Below are positions 50,710 through 63,900 of a stretch of 64,000 nucleotides of DNA, one piece after another (the first letter of the stretch is position 1; the number at the start of each line of letters is the position of its first letter). Position numbers and translations under genes: made by a program. The notes below the pieces were generated by a model, which worked only from the letters and a program-made list of their open reading frames with translations, searched no databases and was not told where the DNA came from. The DNA comes from Callorhinchus milii (Eukaryota), in the NCBI RefSeq assembly GCF_018977255.1, contig NW_024704743.1, positions 45,448,001 to 45,512,000 on the forward strand. The letters run 5' to 3'.

Positions 50710-50899
50710 CTTTTTCAGTGTTCTCTGCTGAATGAGTGTTATCATCAAGGAACACTGTGTCACTGAGTCTGTCATCAGCATCTTTGGCATGTAGTGTCTG
50801 CATGTCATCCAATGGACTGAGCTCTGCTATTTCTGATGACTCACTTCTAAGGCTGGCTCCCTCGCTACTGCTTGCAAGACTTGACTTGTCACAATGTTC
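50710..50899 (-). CDS. NEK10: NEK10 coding exon, Ser/acidic linker: EHCDKSSLASSSEGASLRSESSE...AENTEK
   Basis: Inside ORF 50690..50920; attaaag|GAA acceptor, AAA G|gtatag donor; 190 nt, phase 0 to 1. Aligns with recalled human ETFEKASLSSSSSGAASLKSELSE...ENAEK. Confidence 0.9.
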
Positions 50900-51007
50900 C
50901 TTTAATTTAGTGAAAAGCACAGCATTTTACTGCCAAATTCATAACACAAAATACCAACCTGATACTGCATACTTTGCAAATTACGAATAATTCCCTGATT
51001 AAAGTAC

Positions 51008-51420
51008 CAGCTTGGCTCAGTTAACTGAACTCTCACCTTAGAGTCTAAAGATTGTGAGTTCAAGAACTTTCAGGATTTTGAGCTCATAGTCTATACTCTA
51101 GACTGAAACTCCATGCAGGACTGGAGGAGTATTATACTGTTGAAGGTGCTGTCCTTCAGGATGAGATGTTAAATCAGGGTCTCATCAACCTGTTCAAGCA
51201 GATGTTAAAAGTCCTGTGGCACTGTTCAAAAAGAGTAGGAGTTTCTCCAGGTGTCCTGACCAATAATACCCCAGATAAAATTGGACATTCACTTTATGAC
51301 TGATTTACACTGAGGTGCCCACAAAATATGCAGGTGCTGCACTCCACAGTAAATCCTGTAAAGTGCTTTAAGACATTGTGACACCATCAAAGAAACACTA
51401 TATCAAATGCAAGAAATATT
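51008..51420 (+). mobile_element. Older Deu-domain SINE, near full length
   Basis: tRNA-like head cagcttggctcagtt...gtgagttcaag, Deu core, L2-like tail. Confidence 0.78.
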
Positions 51421-53020
51421 GTGTTATCAATGTAATAATATCTAGCAATTCCTGAGGTCACAAAAAACGAGAATAGGTTGGAGGAAAACTCTTTAAAATA
51501 TTATAATATTTACAGCAATTCAAATCCTTAATTTCAGAACCAACATATAATTTGAGAACATTTGAGTAGCTATTAAATCATTCCAATGGTACTGTCAAAT
51601 ATGATAATGAATTCCATATATTTTTTGGATTGTGCGTGAAAAATTATGCACTGTGGGGAGAGACTGCAATCACACACTGATGCTGTTTATAGAGTGCATT
51701 TTGCAGCAACACTGGATTGGAGCTATGTGATTTGAAAGTGAATTACGCTGGAGCTTGGGCTACTGAGACTATTGAGGAGGTGGTTTCTGCAGCACTTTGG
51801 TTCGTAACTCTGAAGTCTAAACACCGCGGGTATGAATTTGTTCCATCTCCACTTCCAAATGTGATCAGTTCTTTTTGCTGATAAAAAAATGAACACCTAA
51901 GAACCCAGTTCCATGTTCTACCAGTACTGATTGTTAAAACACCGGAATCAATTTAGCAGTACATTTGATATTAATCACCTAAAACACATCGGAGATAGCC
52001 CCTCAGCCCTGCTCTTAATGGTGATGTCCATGAAGTCAGGTCTGTGGCACGGGACTGCTGACTCACGAATTCAACTGCCAGTTAGCAGGCAATTGTATAC
52101 TTTTGAGATTTTTGTTGAATAAAAGACAATTTGCCTTTGGAGAACAGTCAGGGATTCAGTTCCAGCACATTTAGTAATATTCAGTGTGATGAATTTTGAA
52201 TCCATCATTGAGTTGTCACTAATATCTCTTCACCCCCACCCCTGTCAAGGCAATGAGTGACAATAGATTTAGATTAGGATGCCCATGATATACTTTTGCT
52301 TCCGCAGTTTGGATGAAGTGTCAATTTATGAAGGTTTTATTATAGTTAATAGTCTATTATGCAGGCTTTATTATGGTAAAATTATTTATTTTTAATTTTA
52401 GATAATTATATTCACTTGCAAAATGTTTGCCTAGAAAATACACAGTCACTACACTTTTCAGTAAATCCAATGTACAATGCTCTAAACCAAATTATTATTA
52501 TTTTATTATTAGAATGCCTTTGTAAATATATGCTGAAAGTGAAATGAGGGCACATTGTTACAGTTATATTTACACTGCTTAGAGTTTATGCACATTTCCA
52601 TCCTCCAAATTGGTGTACTGATACATCAGTTGGAAAAAATAATTAAAACTGTATTGGTTTTGCCCCCCCGAGCAGTATCAAGTGCTTTGTGATATTCTCC
52701 CGACGTGAAAGGCGCTTTATCAATCTAAAGTGTATTGTATTGTATCATATTTTAGTCCGCCAGCTAGGACTGTACATTTAGGCTAAAAGCCTAAAGTCCT
52801 AAACATATTAATCCCAGAATGTACAAGAATATAAACAAGTTCTGCACAAAGAGTTTACTTTCTGAGAATTTTTCGCATTCTGCACTCTATAATAAGGTAA
52901 CACTATCGAGCACTAGCTTTTTAGAAATATTTTACTTTTTGAAGCGCTTTGAGACATCTCAACGACTTGATACGGTGCTATATCAAATGCAAGGATTATT
53001 ATTTAGAAAAGAGTGCTTAC

Positions 53021-53234
53021 TTGTGAGATCATGGAGAGTTGTTGGTGGTACGTCATCACATTTCTGTTAGCTTCCATGAAGTACCTCTGTGTTCGCCTTC
53101 TCTCTCTTTCAAGCTTCTTTTCAAGGTTTAGCTGCACCGTGCAAATGTCATCCATGTACTTCATCATAATGTCAGAGATTAATGCACTTACTTCCACAAT
53201 GTCTGGCCGTGCTTCTGCATCAGAAGTTAAACAC
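53021..53234 (-). CDS. NEK10: NEK10 coding exon, kinase subdomain XI plus coiled-coil: (R)CLTSDAEARPDIVEVSALISDIMMKYMDDICTVQLNLEKKLERERRRTQRYFMEANRNVMTYHQQLSMISQ
   Basis: Inside ORF 53003..53281; ctacag acceptor, CAA|gtaagc donor; 214 nt, phase 2 to 0. Close to recalled vertebrate NEK10 RCLTPDAEARPDIVEVSSMISDVMMKY...LEKKLERERRRTQRYFMEANRN. Confidence 0.96.
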
Positions 53235-53639
53235 CTGTAGGAATTAATAAACATAAATGAAATGTGCAAAGAAATATTCACTTGATAAGGATTTTAAACA
53301 ATATTTTATATATGTTTTTAAATTATATAGTCATGATTATAATATACTCATCATATATAGTACTGTACCACATGTTATATTGTATTATTAGACAGTGGTG
53401 GCTTTTTTTTTAGATAGATATTCCCCAATAAAAGCAAGTACATTTTTGTAATAGATCAAACAGACCCCTTTGAATACATTTTGACTAGTAATTTTAAGTG
53501 AATAACCAATAATCTCATTCAAATCCATTTAATCCTCCACCATTCCTAATAGATGGTAGCTAATCCCTTTTGGACAGAAATGAAAGAGGATGGCGAGTAA
53601 AGTACTAAAGCACCCGCATGGTTAGAATAATATGTATTG

Positions 53640-53972
53640 GAGTCCTGTAACTCAGTGGTTAGAGCACTCTCCTCGCAAGCGAGAGACCTGGGTTCAATTC
53701 CCGGCAGGGTGAAATGTTGGGCAAGTTTCCTTACTCCACACGCTTTTGTTTACTTAGCAGTAAATAGGGACCCGGTTGTTAGTCAATTGGCAGATCGCTT
53801 TTCTGGGGGTAATAATTCCTTTAAAAGAAATAAAAATAATTTGGTCACTCAATCCACGACTGTTTGTGGCACACTGCTGTGCACAATTGGCTGCCGCATT
53901 TCTCACACAAAATATATAGTTAATTCACTATACAGTATATTCTGTAAAGCACTTTGAGACATCTCGAAGACA

Positions 53973-54007
<35 letters not shown>

Positions 54008-54047
54008 ATGATAAAGCGCTATATCAAATGCAAGAATTATTATTATT
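53640..54047 (+). mobile_element. tRNA-derived SINE, long subfamily, with a (TAAA)n expansion in its tail
   Basis: Full consensus; (TAAA)n microsatellite at ~53972-54008 inside the 3' stem-loop. Confidence 0.92.
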
Positions 54048-54182
54048 AAAATAATAAATTATTATTATTAACGTTAATATACTTTGAAAATGTTTATTTT
54101 AAATTAGATTTATTATTATTAAAATAATAATTATTATTATTAACGTTAATATACTTTGAAAATGTTTATTTTAAATTAGATT
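54038..54182 (+). repeat. Tandem duplication of ~72 bp at a SINE 3' end
   Basis: tattattattaaaataataa(a)ttattattattaacgttaatatactttgaaaatgtttattttaaattagatt occurs twice. Confidence 0.93.
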
Positions 54183-54892
54183 TCCTACTATGTGCTATTT
54201 ATCGGTTGAGTTTTGATATTTATAACACAGTAGGAGGGGGACTTACATAATTCACTCAAACACTTCTGTCATCTTGGTTCCTGTCATTTGTGGTATAAAT
54301 GATATGCTCACAGCTGAAATGTCAAGAATCCTCCATGTTGACCAATTGATTGATTTTAGACGAGTACTTTCAACTTAGAAATGATTCACACGGTGGCGCA
54401 GTGTAGTTTACCTCACAAATGTCATTATTTTACATTTGTTTTCTTCTTGTTTTTGTTGCCAAACCACAGAAGTGTATATGATAAATTACTTGTGAGCAGC
54501 AAGTACAGGAAGAATAAGCTATAAATGTTGTCAGGAATTAAGTGACTCACAAAAGTATTTAGGAACTGACACAGACAGACAATCTGTTCTGAACTTGTTT
54601 GTGCAAAAAAAGGTTTCCATAGTAATCTTTGGATTGTTTTGGGGCTCTGTTTTACTGACAATAGACCACCAAATGGTTTCAAGCCACACAAAGCTAAAGA
54701 AAGCGTAGGCTTGATTTACCTTATACCTTTACAATATTGCTTATACAATTAGGTCAACCATTTTCAACACAATTTATTGTAGCCTAACAAGGCATCAGTG
54801 TAAAAGTCTGATATCAGGTGAAAAGTTATTTCATCTGAAAGTGAGTCCTGAATTCACTTGAGCTGATATCAGACTCGGGACTGGAGGAATTT

Positions 54893-55478
54893 AATAATAT
54901 AATAATAATCTTTGCACTTGATATAGCATCAAATCACGTCTTTGAGACATCTCAAAACACTTCACAGAATATACTGTAAAGTGAATCTACTGTACATTTT
55001 GTGCGTGAAATGCGGCAGCCAATTGCACACAACAGTGTCCCACAAACAGTCATCAACAACAACAACTTGAATTTATATAGCTCTCTTCACGCCGGATGGC
55101 ATCTCAGAACGCTTCACAGCAACGGATCCCGGGGCCGAGCCAGGGGGAGGGGGAGGAAGGTGACCAAAGGCGCGGTCGAAAAGAAAGGTCTTCAGCAGAG
55201 ACCTGAAAATAGGAGGAGAGGGGGTGAGGCGAAGGGAGTGAGGAAGGGATTGAGTGACCAAATTATTATTTTCTTTTCTTTATTTAGTTAAATTGAAGGG
55301 ATTATTAACCCTGGGAAAGCAATCCACCAATTTACTAACAACCAGGTTCCTACTTACTGCTAGATAAACAGAGGCATGCGGAGTGAGGAAATTTGCCGAA
55401 TGTTTTGCCCTGTCCGGAATCAAACCCAGGTTCTCTTGCTTTCAAGGCAAGTGCTTTAACCACTGAGCTACAAGACTC
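54893..55478 (-). mobile_element. tRNA-derived SINE, long subfamily, split by an L2 3' fragment (55053-55246)
   Basis: SINE consensus cacaaacagtc|...ggattgagtgacc resumes after an inserted (CAA)n-tailed L2 piece. Confidence 0.88.
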
Positions 55479-55954
55479 CGACTAATACAGCAATCCAAAC
55501 ATGAGAGGCACTATACAAATGTAATTTGTTGCTGTGCTTTAGGATCTATTCTATCAATTTACGTGTAACTGCGTTAAATGCTAAAGCACCAGTGGAAATA
55601 CTCCAATAAAAATCTGATTTGTCAGCTCAATGTTTACTTATACAATCCCAAAGAACACTGGATGAGGACATTTAGCCATAATCAATAAGAAGAATATTAT
55701 CTTGTTGAGAATTCTAGTTATGTATGGTTTGGGGGGAAATAAATGAAATATTCTCAACCAATAAATGAGAAGGTAAATAAGATCGACATATACTTTAGCA
55801 GTGTGGCAAATATTTCAATATGTCCATCAATAAATAAAATTGTCCTACATTTCTAGAGCACATGAAAACAGATGCTCTAATAGTAGGATGTGAACATAGA
55901 GAGCATCCTATCAATATTTTCTGTGCTACTGACAAATTTATCTTATTTGACATC

Positions 55955-56655
55955 AAGGCATGGATGAACAGCAACATTCTGTAGCTGAACATGGACAAGA
56001 CGGAAGCCATGCTTCTTGGCTCCTGTCAACATCTTCTCACCTGCAGTTCTGAACTCCTTAACTTTCCCTGCCCATCCCTCAGACTCACCGAACCTATATG
56101 CAACCTTGATGTCAGGTTCGATCCCCAGTTATCTTTTCTATCTCATATCCGGTCCCTGACTAGGACTGCCTTCCTCTACCTCCACCACATCACTCAACTT
56201 TACCTTTATCTTATTTCAAACACTGCTGAAAACTTTATTCATGATTTGTCACCTCCCTCCTTGATTTTTCCAATACATTCCTCACCAGATTCCCCAATTC
56301 CACTATAAACAAAGTGAAAATGATACAAAATTTTGCCACCCATATCCTCACCCATACCAGGCTCTGCACTCCGTACCCCATCACCTCAATTCTTGCCAGA
56401 TCCACTGGCTCCCTATTGCTGAACGGATCTATTTCAAGACCTTCACTCTCACTTTCAAATCACTTCAGGCCCTGGCACCACCCTACCTCTTCAATCTGCT
56501 CACACCCCACTACCCACCACCTTTCTTCAACTGGCTCGGTTCTTCTGCACGTGTCTTGTCTCCTCTATTGGGGGCAGTGTTTCCAGCCACTATCCCCCAA
56601 ATCATTCTAAGCGCTCCAAGACATGAGGGGAGCTATATAAATGTAAGTTGTTGTA
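55955..56655 (+). mobile_element. L2 LINE 3' fragment, diverged
   Basis: LNMDKTEAMLLGS...NLDVRFDPQLSF...IQNFATHILT, then tail. Confidence 0.83.
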
Positions 56656-59363
56656 TTGTTTTTTCTGTGTAAAAGGGCGCTCTGAGCCACTGACAATCTT
56701 GCACCAACCCTATTCAGTCTTTGGTGAAGAAAAATGGAGAAGGTTGACTTTAGGGTTTGTTTTGTGGTGATTTTAAAAGGGATTCCTTAATATGGATGCC
56801 AGAAACATGACACGTCAACCAGTCTACTTTCAGAATAGAGCTTCTCCAAGTAACCTTATACAATAATAGAAGGAGTTCCCACTTGGGAATCCTTATTAAG
56901 GGATTCTGTAAACAATCACTGCATATAAGACCCTTAGCTACATCTTTATCATTACCATGCCACTAGTATTCCCAATAAGATAAGGGGGTCTCTTGATGAT
57001 TCTAGCTAGATCATTTTGTTTTGTTACTCTGACAAATTCATGCAAAATGAATGATATAACACAGAGAAGCCGAGTAAAACAGGTAAGAAGTTTAAACAAA
57101 ATTAAAAATTGTACTGGAATATATTAGACAAAATAAAAGCAAAGTTATGATAATAAAATACAGTTGAAGAAAGAATGGGGAAGAACAAACAAAAATAAGC
57201 CAAGAAGAAATGTTTGTGCTTTATTTAAATCTTTGACTACTTATTTAGTAGCTCTGGTTTAATATGATAGTCATAAAGCCATTATTCTTGACATTTTGAT
57301 ACCTGCATTACTTTGATTTGTAATATTTAAATTGTTCTTTCAATTTCAATTACATAGTTTCTATTACATTAATAAAGATACTACTTTGACATTTTTGTGG
57401 CTTTATTCTTTCTCCCAATTTCTTCAAGATTAAGATATATTCATCCATAAAAATACATGGTCAATATATTCAACAGTAAATAATGTGAAACACTTAAAGT
57501 CATTTCGGCAACATGAGAAGGTCCTACATATAATAAACCTTGTGTTTGATATAACGCCTTATCACAGCATTGAGACGTCTCAAAGCTCTTCACAAGATAT
57601 TATGTAAAGTGATGTGTCTGTATATTTTGTGTGTATTTTGTGGACTGTATGAAACACATATATTATTGTACAAAATAATAGATCAGGGACCAATGAAGCA
57701 ATGGTTTTGCCAGATCCAATTCAATCCTAGAGAGATCTAACTTGCATGTGCACCCCACCCCCACCGCCCCCAATCAGAATGTTTGAAATTGATGTTATGA
57801 TTGAAGATCACGCTTTTGGTCAGACAACTTTCCACAGTTAATCCGTTTGCTAGATTGTGTACGTGATCAATTCTCTGGGGAAGTCTTTGTAATGGAGGAA
57901 TATGTCTCTATGTACAACAGATGTTGAAAATATCTACACTGCTGACGGTCTGATTTAGCTGTCAAGATTTAGCAATCCACAAAGGTCTATAAATGCCTTT
58001 GTACTATCAAGAGGAAATAGGATTTCCTCCTGTTAGTTGTGAGGATTTGCCTACAACTCCATAGCTTTAAATCATCTGCCAAACTTAATGCAATGTTAAC
58101 ATAATCTGACAGTAAGTTGACACAGGAGAATCTTTAAAATGACAAACACTCAGCTGCAGCTACGTGAAGAAAATAAAGATTTATGCTATATTCCGCTTTA
58201 TCAAGTTGATTAAATTGTTCACCTGTCCCAAAGGGCAGAAAACAATGTTCTTTTGAAAAATCCTACTGTCATAAGCAGGAAAGATTTATGGTGGTTTGTC
58301 CAAAAAAGGATTTGCTTAGCGATGAAAGATACAAATTTACTTGTTCCTGTTTCACTTGGTCAATTTATATATCTGTTAAAAAGGAAAGAGTTCTATCATA
58401 TTTTGATTGAATCTCTTCAGTATTTTTGAAGATATTTGTATTTTTCATGTATTTGTCATCTTTGCAAAGTGTGATCCCAGAATTAAGTGAAGACTTCAAT
58501 ACAGAAACCTCCTTCAGAAACTTGCTCACTACCTAACTAGGGACTGAAAGGATGTGCAAGGGCATTACCAGGATTTTTCAAAGATTCTGAAAGAACAAGT
58601 TAGATTCAGTACCGCAGTAAAGTCAGAAATTGAGGGCGTAAACAAAATAGAAATGTAAAAGTTGAATGTGGTGATGTGTCGAAGGAACAGTTAAAAGCAG
58701 AATTAAAACAGCAAGATTTTAGGAGTAAAATGATAGAACCTGCAAAGCACTAATAATATTTGTATCAAAAATAAATGTAAACACTGTATTTGATATAAAT
58801 TAGATCCTTGATTTTGTTTATATAATTTTAAAATGTGCACAATGATGAAATATTATCTAGCTGTGAAAAGGAAAGTGATAATTTTCCTATTTTTCTGTGC
58901 CAATTACTGGGAGGCATTCTACTGAGAGTCCAAGTGAATGGATAGAACTAAGGTAACTGTAAGCTAAAATGCCACACCATGGGTTTTGCTTATAAGATAT
59001 GTAGTTACCATAGGTGATGGCTTTCCCTAAATAGGGAATAGACCAGACCTTTCATCCTTTGCATCACCTACAAAATATACAGTCACATTTTACAGAACAG
59101 TGTATCCGGTGAAGCATTGTGAGATTTCCTCCCAACATGAAAGGGGCTATATCTAATGTAAAGATTATTATTACTATTTTGTTGCAATTGCCTTGTTGTA
59201 ATTTAACACAATTCATTGAATAACAGTTAGTTCAATTTTAATTTTCCCCAAACAAGTTTTAGTGCTTTTTAACAGTTTGTTTACAATGATTGTATGTTGG
59301 CGGCATCAGCTGTGACTAGTCTAAGAAACATTTCAGTCAAATAAGAATGTCCCCTGAATAACT

Positions 59364-59664
59364 ATAATAGTAATAATCTTTGCATTTGATATAGCGCTTT
59401 TCACGTCTTCTAGACGTCTCAAAGCGCTTCACAGAATAGACTGTAAAGTGAATTGACTGTATATTTGTGGGCGAAATGCAGCAGCCAATTGCACACAGCA
59501 GTGTCCCACAAACAGTCGTGGATTGAAATGACCAATTTATTTTTGAGGGATTATTATCAGGCATGTGGAGTAAGGAAAGTTGCCCAAGGTTTCACCCTGC
59601 CGGGAATTGAACCCAGGTCTCTTGCTTGCAAAGCGAGTGCTCTAACCACTGAACTACAGGACTC
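59364..59664 (-). mobile_element. tRNA-derived SINE, short subfamily, full length, starting ~27 nt after a NEK10 splice donor
   Basis: Near-consensus reverse complement from tail to head (ccactgaactacaggactc). Confidence 0.93.
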
Positions 59665-59691
59665 TAGTACTTCACAGTAAATACTTATTAC

Positions 59692-59762
59692 CTTTTAATG
59701 GTCTCTAACACTTTACAAGAGTACAGTCCTTCTGGTACTGGTTCATATGCTGCTTCTACAAT
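59692..59762 (-). CDS. NEK10: NEK10 coding exon, kinase C-lobe: IVEAAYEPVPEGLYSCKVLETIK-R; most 5' exon found in the window
   Basis: Minus strand reads ttcttacag|ATT GTA GAA GCA GCA TAT GAA CCA ... ATT AAA AG|gtaata; 71 nt, phase 0 to 2. Matches recalled human NEK10 IVEAVYEPVPEGIYSEKVTDTISR. Confidence 0.93.
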
Positions 59763-60269
59763 CTGTAAGAAATAGACTTAGAAAATTATTTCTAAGAATA
59801 ACAAAAAGAATCATTTGAGCCACAACTTATGAAAAAGACAAAGAAACATCTCAAAATACTTTCCAGTGCATCATACTGTGCAAATGGTACTGCTAGGCAG
59901 ACCCTTAAGGTCATTAAAGGTAACAGAGCCAGTAGATATCCATAATCCATGAAAAGACAATCAAAACCCTTGGTTTTAATCTAAAGGCACAGAATATAAA
60001 AGCAAGTAAGATATATTGAACATGTGTAAGACCTTCATAAAGCTGGAGTATCGTGTACAGTTTTATGAGAGGCAATAAAAGTGGATAATGACTCCTGGAG
60101 CTTTATTTTTTTCCAGGAGGGACACTAAAACAATCACTCCACTTTACTGTATATCCCGTGAAGCACTTTGGGATGTCCTCCATACCAAATGCAAAGATTA
60201 TTATTACAAAAAACTGTTGCCTGACACCCAACATCCTGGCAAGACATGGATATGGATTCAAACTTTACT

Positions 60270-61030
60270 GAAGGGAACAAAGCAGAAGTCGTTGCTAGGA
60301 GAATTATTGGGAGGTATTAAATCGGGTACCTCAGGGGTCTGCGCCTCCAATCTTTGTATTCATTAATAATTATTCACACACTTAGTGCAAGATAGTTACA
60401 TTTGCAGATGAGGCCAGCTGAGGTGAGGTGGGGTGGACTGGAATCAGAGGTGGCAGCAAATGTTTACAAAGAGCGTAAACATTTATCTTGATAGGATATC
60501 CACATGGGTGATAGCTGGCAAATGAAGTTTGGTATATGTAAACTCAGGATACTGCGTATAGGACGTCCTCCAAGATGAAAGCTGAGAAACCTTGGAGTGT
60601 TAGCTGACTCATTGCTCATCATGTCAAAACAGTGTGCGTCAGTAATAAACAATGTAGACAGTATGTGAGGTGATATTGCCTAATCAGTTGAGTTCATATA
60701 CCCAGAAATCACACTCAAAAGCTGTATAGTGCTCTGGTTAGATTGCAACATGAGGGAACTGCCCAGGCCCAAGCAGTGCGGAGAAGAGCAACCAGGATGA
60801 TACCCAGTGTTAGAGGAATGAGCTACGAGCAGAAATTAGATAGTGTTAAAGATATTCAGTCTTGAAAGGAGACATCTCATAGGGAACCTCATATACATAT
60901 AAGATTTTAATTGAGATTGAGAAAGTAAACCCAGGTTTATGGTTGCAAGGGGCAATTTCATGACAGACACCAGGAAATATGTACTCATCAAGAAACTGGA
61001 ACAGGTTACCAGGAACGGTGGATGGCACCA
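60270..61030 (+). mobile_element. Old CR1-clade LINE RT fragment; its 3' tail resumes at ~61540-61592 after inserted repeats
   Basis: Degenerate SGVPQG-like, FADE (YADD equivalent), WQMKF, ERNLGV, RRATRMIP and ERRHLIGNLI motifs. Confidence 0.72.
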
Positions 61031-63282
61031 GGAAACTGCAAAGCTTGCCATTGAGAGCACTGTCTGGCAAGCTTCCCACTGCTTATTCAGCTAGCAACAC
61101 GTTAGGGCTTTGGCTTGCAGGGTTAATAATAATAATCCATGCATTTGATATAGCGCTTTATTAAGTCTTCAAGACGTCTGAAAGCGCTTCAGAGAATATA
61201 CTGTAAAGTGGAGTGACTGTGTATTTTGCGGGCAAAACGCGGCAACCAATTGCGCACACCAGCTGATTGGGAAAAATCCCTGCAGCCAGTCTGCTCCTCC
61301 AAATTCTGCTATTGAGCCAGGCTAGTTGGCCTGATATTAGTACTCTGGAATACTGTATGTGTATGGAATACTGGATTGTGGCTGAGGAACTGGACCACCA
61401 AGTCCACCACAGAGGATTGACTCGATTCCAACATTTAGGTGTCATGCAGATCACCTGGTTCCAGCTCAGCTCCAAGGTGACCCCGTTCATCCCCCCCACC
61501 CCCCAGGAGGATAGTCACAATTAGACTGTGAGAAAAGCACCAGCATGGAGTTGATTAGCTGAATGGCCTGTTCTGTGCTGTAATATTCTATCATCTTCCT
61601 TATTCCCCATCTGTTATCCATAGCTGCCAATATGATCATAATAGTTGATGCAAAAAAGTGCAAAGGGGTTGTAAAGTCGATTCATGTCACATAATACCTG
61701 TACTACTTCTTGCCCTGAGCTCTGCAAAGAAATGTTGTGAAAACTGAATTAATCCTCTCTTTCAGTTCTCTCTTCACCACAACCTTTCTTGTTTTTGTAA
61801 ATTTTACCAATAAACTCAACCCCTGGCTAACTAGACTTCAAGTATCTGGAATTCAGACTTAGCTGAACCAAATCCTGAAAAAATTTTTAAAAAATTCTAC
61901 AAGCGAAAAATCCACCCCATGTGTGGACAATTCAAAACTCCTGCTAGCCAAACTCTCCAAGCACACACCCACGCTGTGTGTAGCCCACGTGCTTCCTATA
62001 GCTTCTGAGCAGCATCCACCTCACCGTGCTTTGTTAGAGAGGATTTATTTTTACTTATTTTATTTATTTTAAATATCAGATAGAACTTACAGAATGTATT
62101 TTATTATATTTATTTTAAATGCATTAACACTTGGTGGAAAATCTCCCCCTTGTTAGCCAGGGATTGATTGTATTCTGTTGCTACTCCGAATTTCCCTATA
62201 ATTTCTCCCAAACTTCAAATGAATTGTGTGACATGTTCCCTGCATCTACATTGTATTAAAATCAAAGTCATTGCAATATCTCCAACCTATCTCCATTGTC
62301 TTTTTCAGGATCTCAAGACTGTGCAACACCTTCCATTAATCTTATATTCTACAAGTTTTTAAATTACATGTTGTACCATTTAATCTCTAGAAATGTGGGT
62401 CCAAGCTTATCTTGCATGACACAACTAAAGTTAAAAGATGAAAATCCTTAGCTGAAAAAACATGTTATTTTATCCTATATAAAATATAACAACTTTAGAC
62501 TTATAATTTACAAAATATTCTTAATGGAAGTAAACGGCATATTCTAATCATCAAATACAGTCCAACCTATAGGCAAGTTATTTCTGGATGAACCATTCCT
62601 CCTTGTTTCACTATATGTATACGTACATGTTACACCTATATCCACCTAAACTGCCATATTCATTTTGCATCCACTTTCTCTAATATGCATAATTTAATAC
62701 AGAACAGTACCTGCTTCCACACATAAGTTTGTCATCCAGTCTCACAATAACAGTTAATTATAGGGAAACCAGAACTGAGCAGCTTTTACAAAGATGTCAC
62801 CCATTAAGCCCACATAAATATGAACTATTATTATAAATCCAACCTTTTGTATTTTCATGAACTATTGTAAAATTATATTCAACACTAAAACTAACACTGA
62901 ACTCTTTTTTTTAAAAAAGGTTACTTTAAGCACTTCAAAATCAAACAAATTATGGAATAGATGCAGTTCCTGAGCATTCTGTAACAGAAGCCTCAACTTT
63001 CAATTGAACCAGTGTGAGATTCCTCAAGTTCTCTCTTAACACGAATGCAGACTTGATTGCCAGTTTACATTCAATTTTGTGTTACTATGAAGTAGGCTGA
63101 AACAGCCACAACTAATTTCCAAGTGGGACCCTTACCTGCCATTACACAGAAAGGGGGAAGGGTGGAATAAATAGCTTTTAACCTGGATGAACTTAAGCAA
63201 CATAAGTGAAGGCAGAAGTTCCAGAGTATACATATAACCATGAACAAGATCACATCAGAAATCCCTTTCAATTTAAGCAGCA

Positions 63283-63482
63283 GCAAAATTGAAGAAATGT
63301 AACTGCAATTAACATGCAGAAGCGGATTTAAAAAAAAAGATTAGGGGTGCAAAATTGAAGAAATGTAACTGCAATTAACATGCAGAAGCGGATTTTAAAA
63401 AAAGATTAGGGGTGCAAAATTGAAGAAATGTAACTGCAATTAACATATGCAGAAGCTGGTTTAAAAAAGAGAGATTAGGGGT
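63283..63482 (+). repeat. Tandem repeat, 3 units of 65-69 bp
   Basis: gcaaaattgaagaaatgtaactgcaattaacatgcagaagcggattt(a)ngattaggggt starting at 63283, 63349 and 63414. Confidence 0.95.
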
Positions 63483-63900
63483 ACCAATTGAGAATTGAAA
63501 AGCAACATAGCTGCATGATGCCAAACAATTTTTCAATATAATGACAGTAGGAGGGTAGACAGAGAAGAATTTAAAGCCCCAAGGGACCCATAGGATGTTG
63601 AAAAGGAGGATGAATAGAAGATAATAACCATATTAAATGACAATTTCTTAGAAGTTTTCAGATTGGAGAACATTAAATGTGTTATCCAACATTCAACACT
63701 CATTGTGTGACCCGTGGATTTACTTTTGAGGATTTAAAATCCTAAATTGACAGAAGAAGCCATGTAATGTAGTGTACCTAGATTTCCAAAAGGCCTTTGG
63801 CAAAGTACCACATGATAGACTCATTATCAATGGGTATCAAAAGTAGTTAACTGCTTCCTTCCTTTTAGTCATCGGTTAAAGGAAGGAATCAGAGGACAGT
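63483..63900 (+). mobile_element. Old CR1-clade LINE RT fragment
   Basis: gtagtgtacctagatttccaaaaggcctttggcaaagtaccacatgatagactc encodes VVYLDFQKAFGKVPHDRL. Confidence 0.75.

Noticed and set aside
62711..62740. Possible upstream NEK10 exon (donor-like CAG|gtactg on the minus strand)
   Set aside because: No good acceptor, and the translation does not match the expected kinase segment (PE...EKADVWA.GC..YQM); that exon must lie outside the window.
63283..63482. Regularly spaced repeats as a CRISPR-like array
   Set aside because: Head-to-tail units with no unique spacers, in a vertebrate intron.
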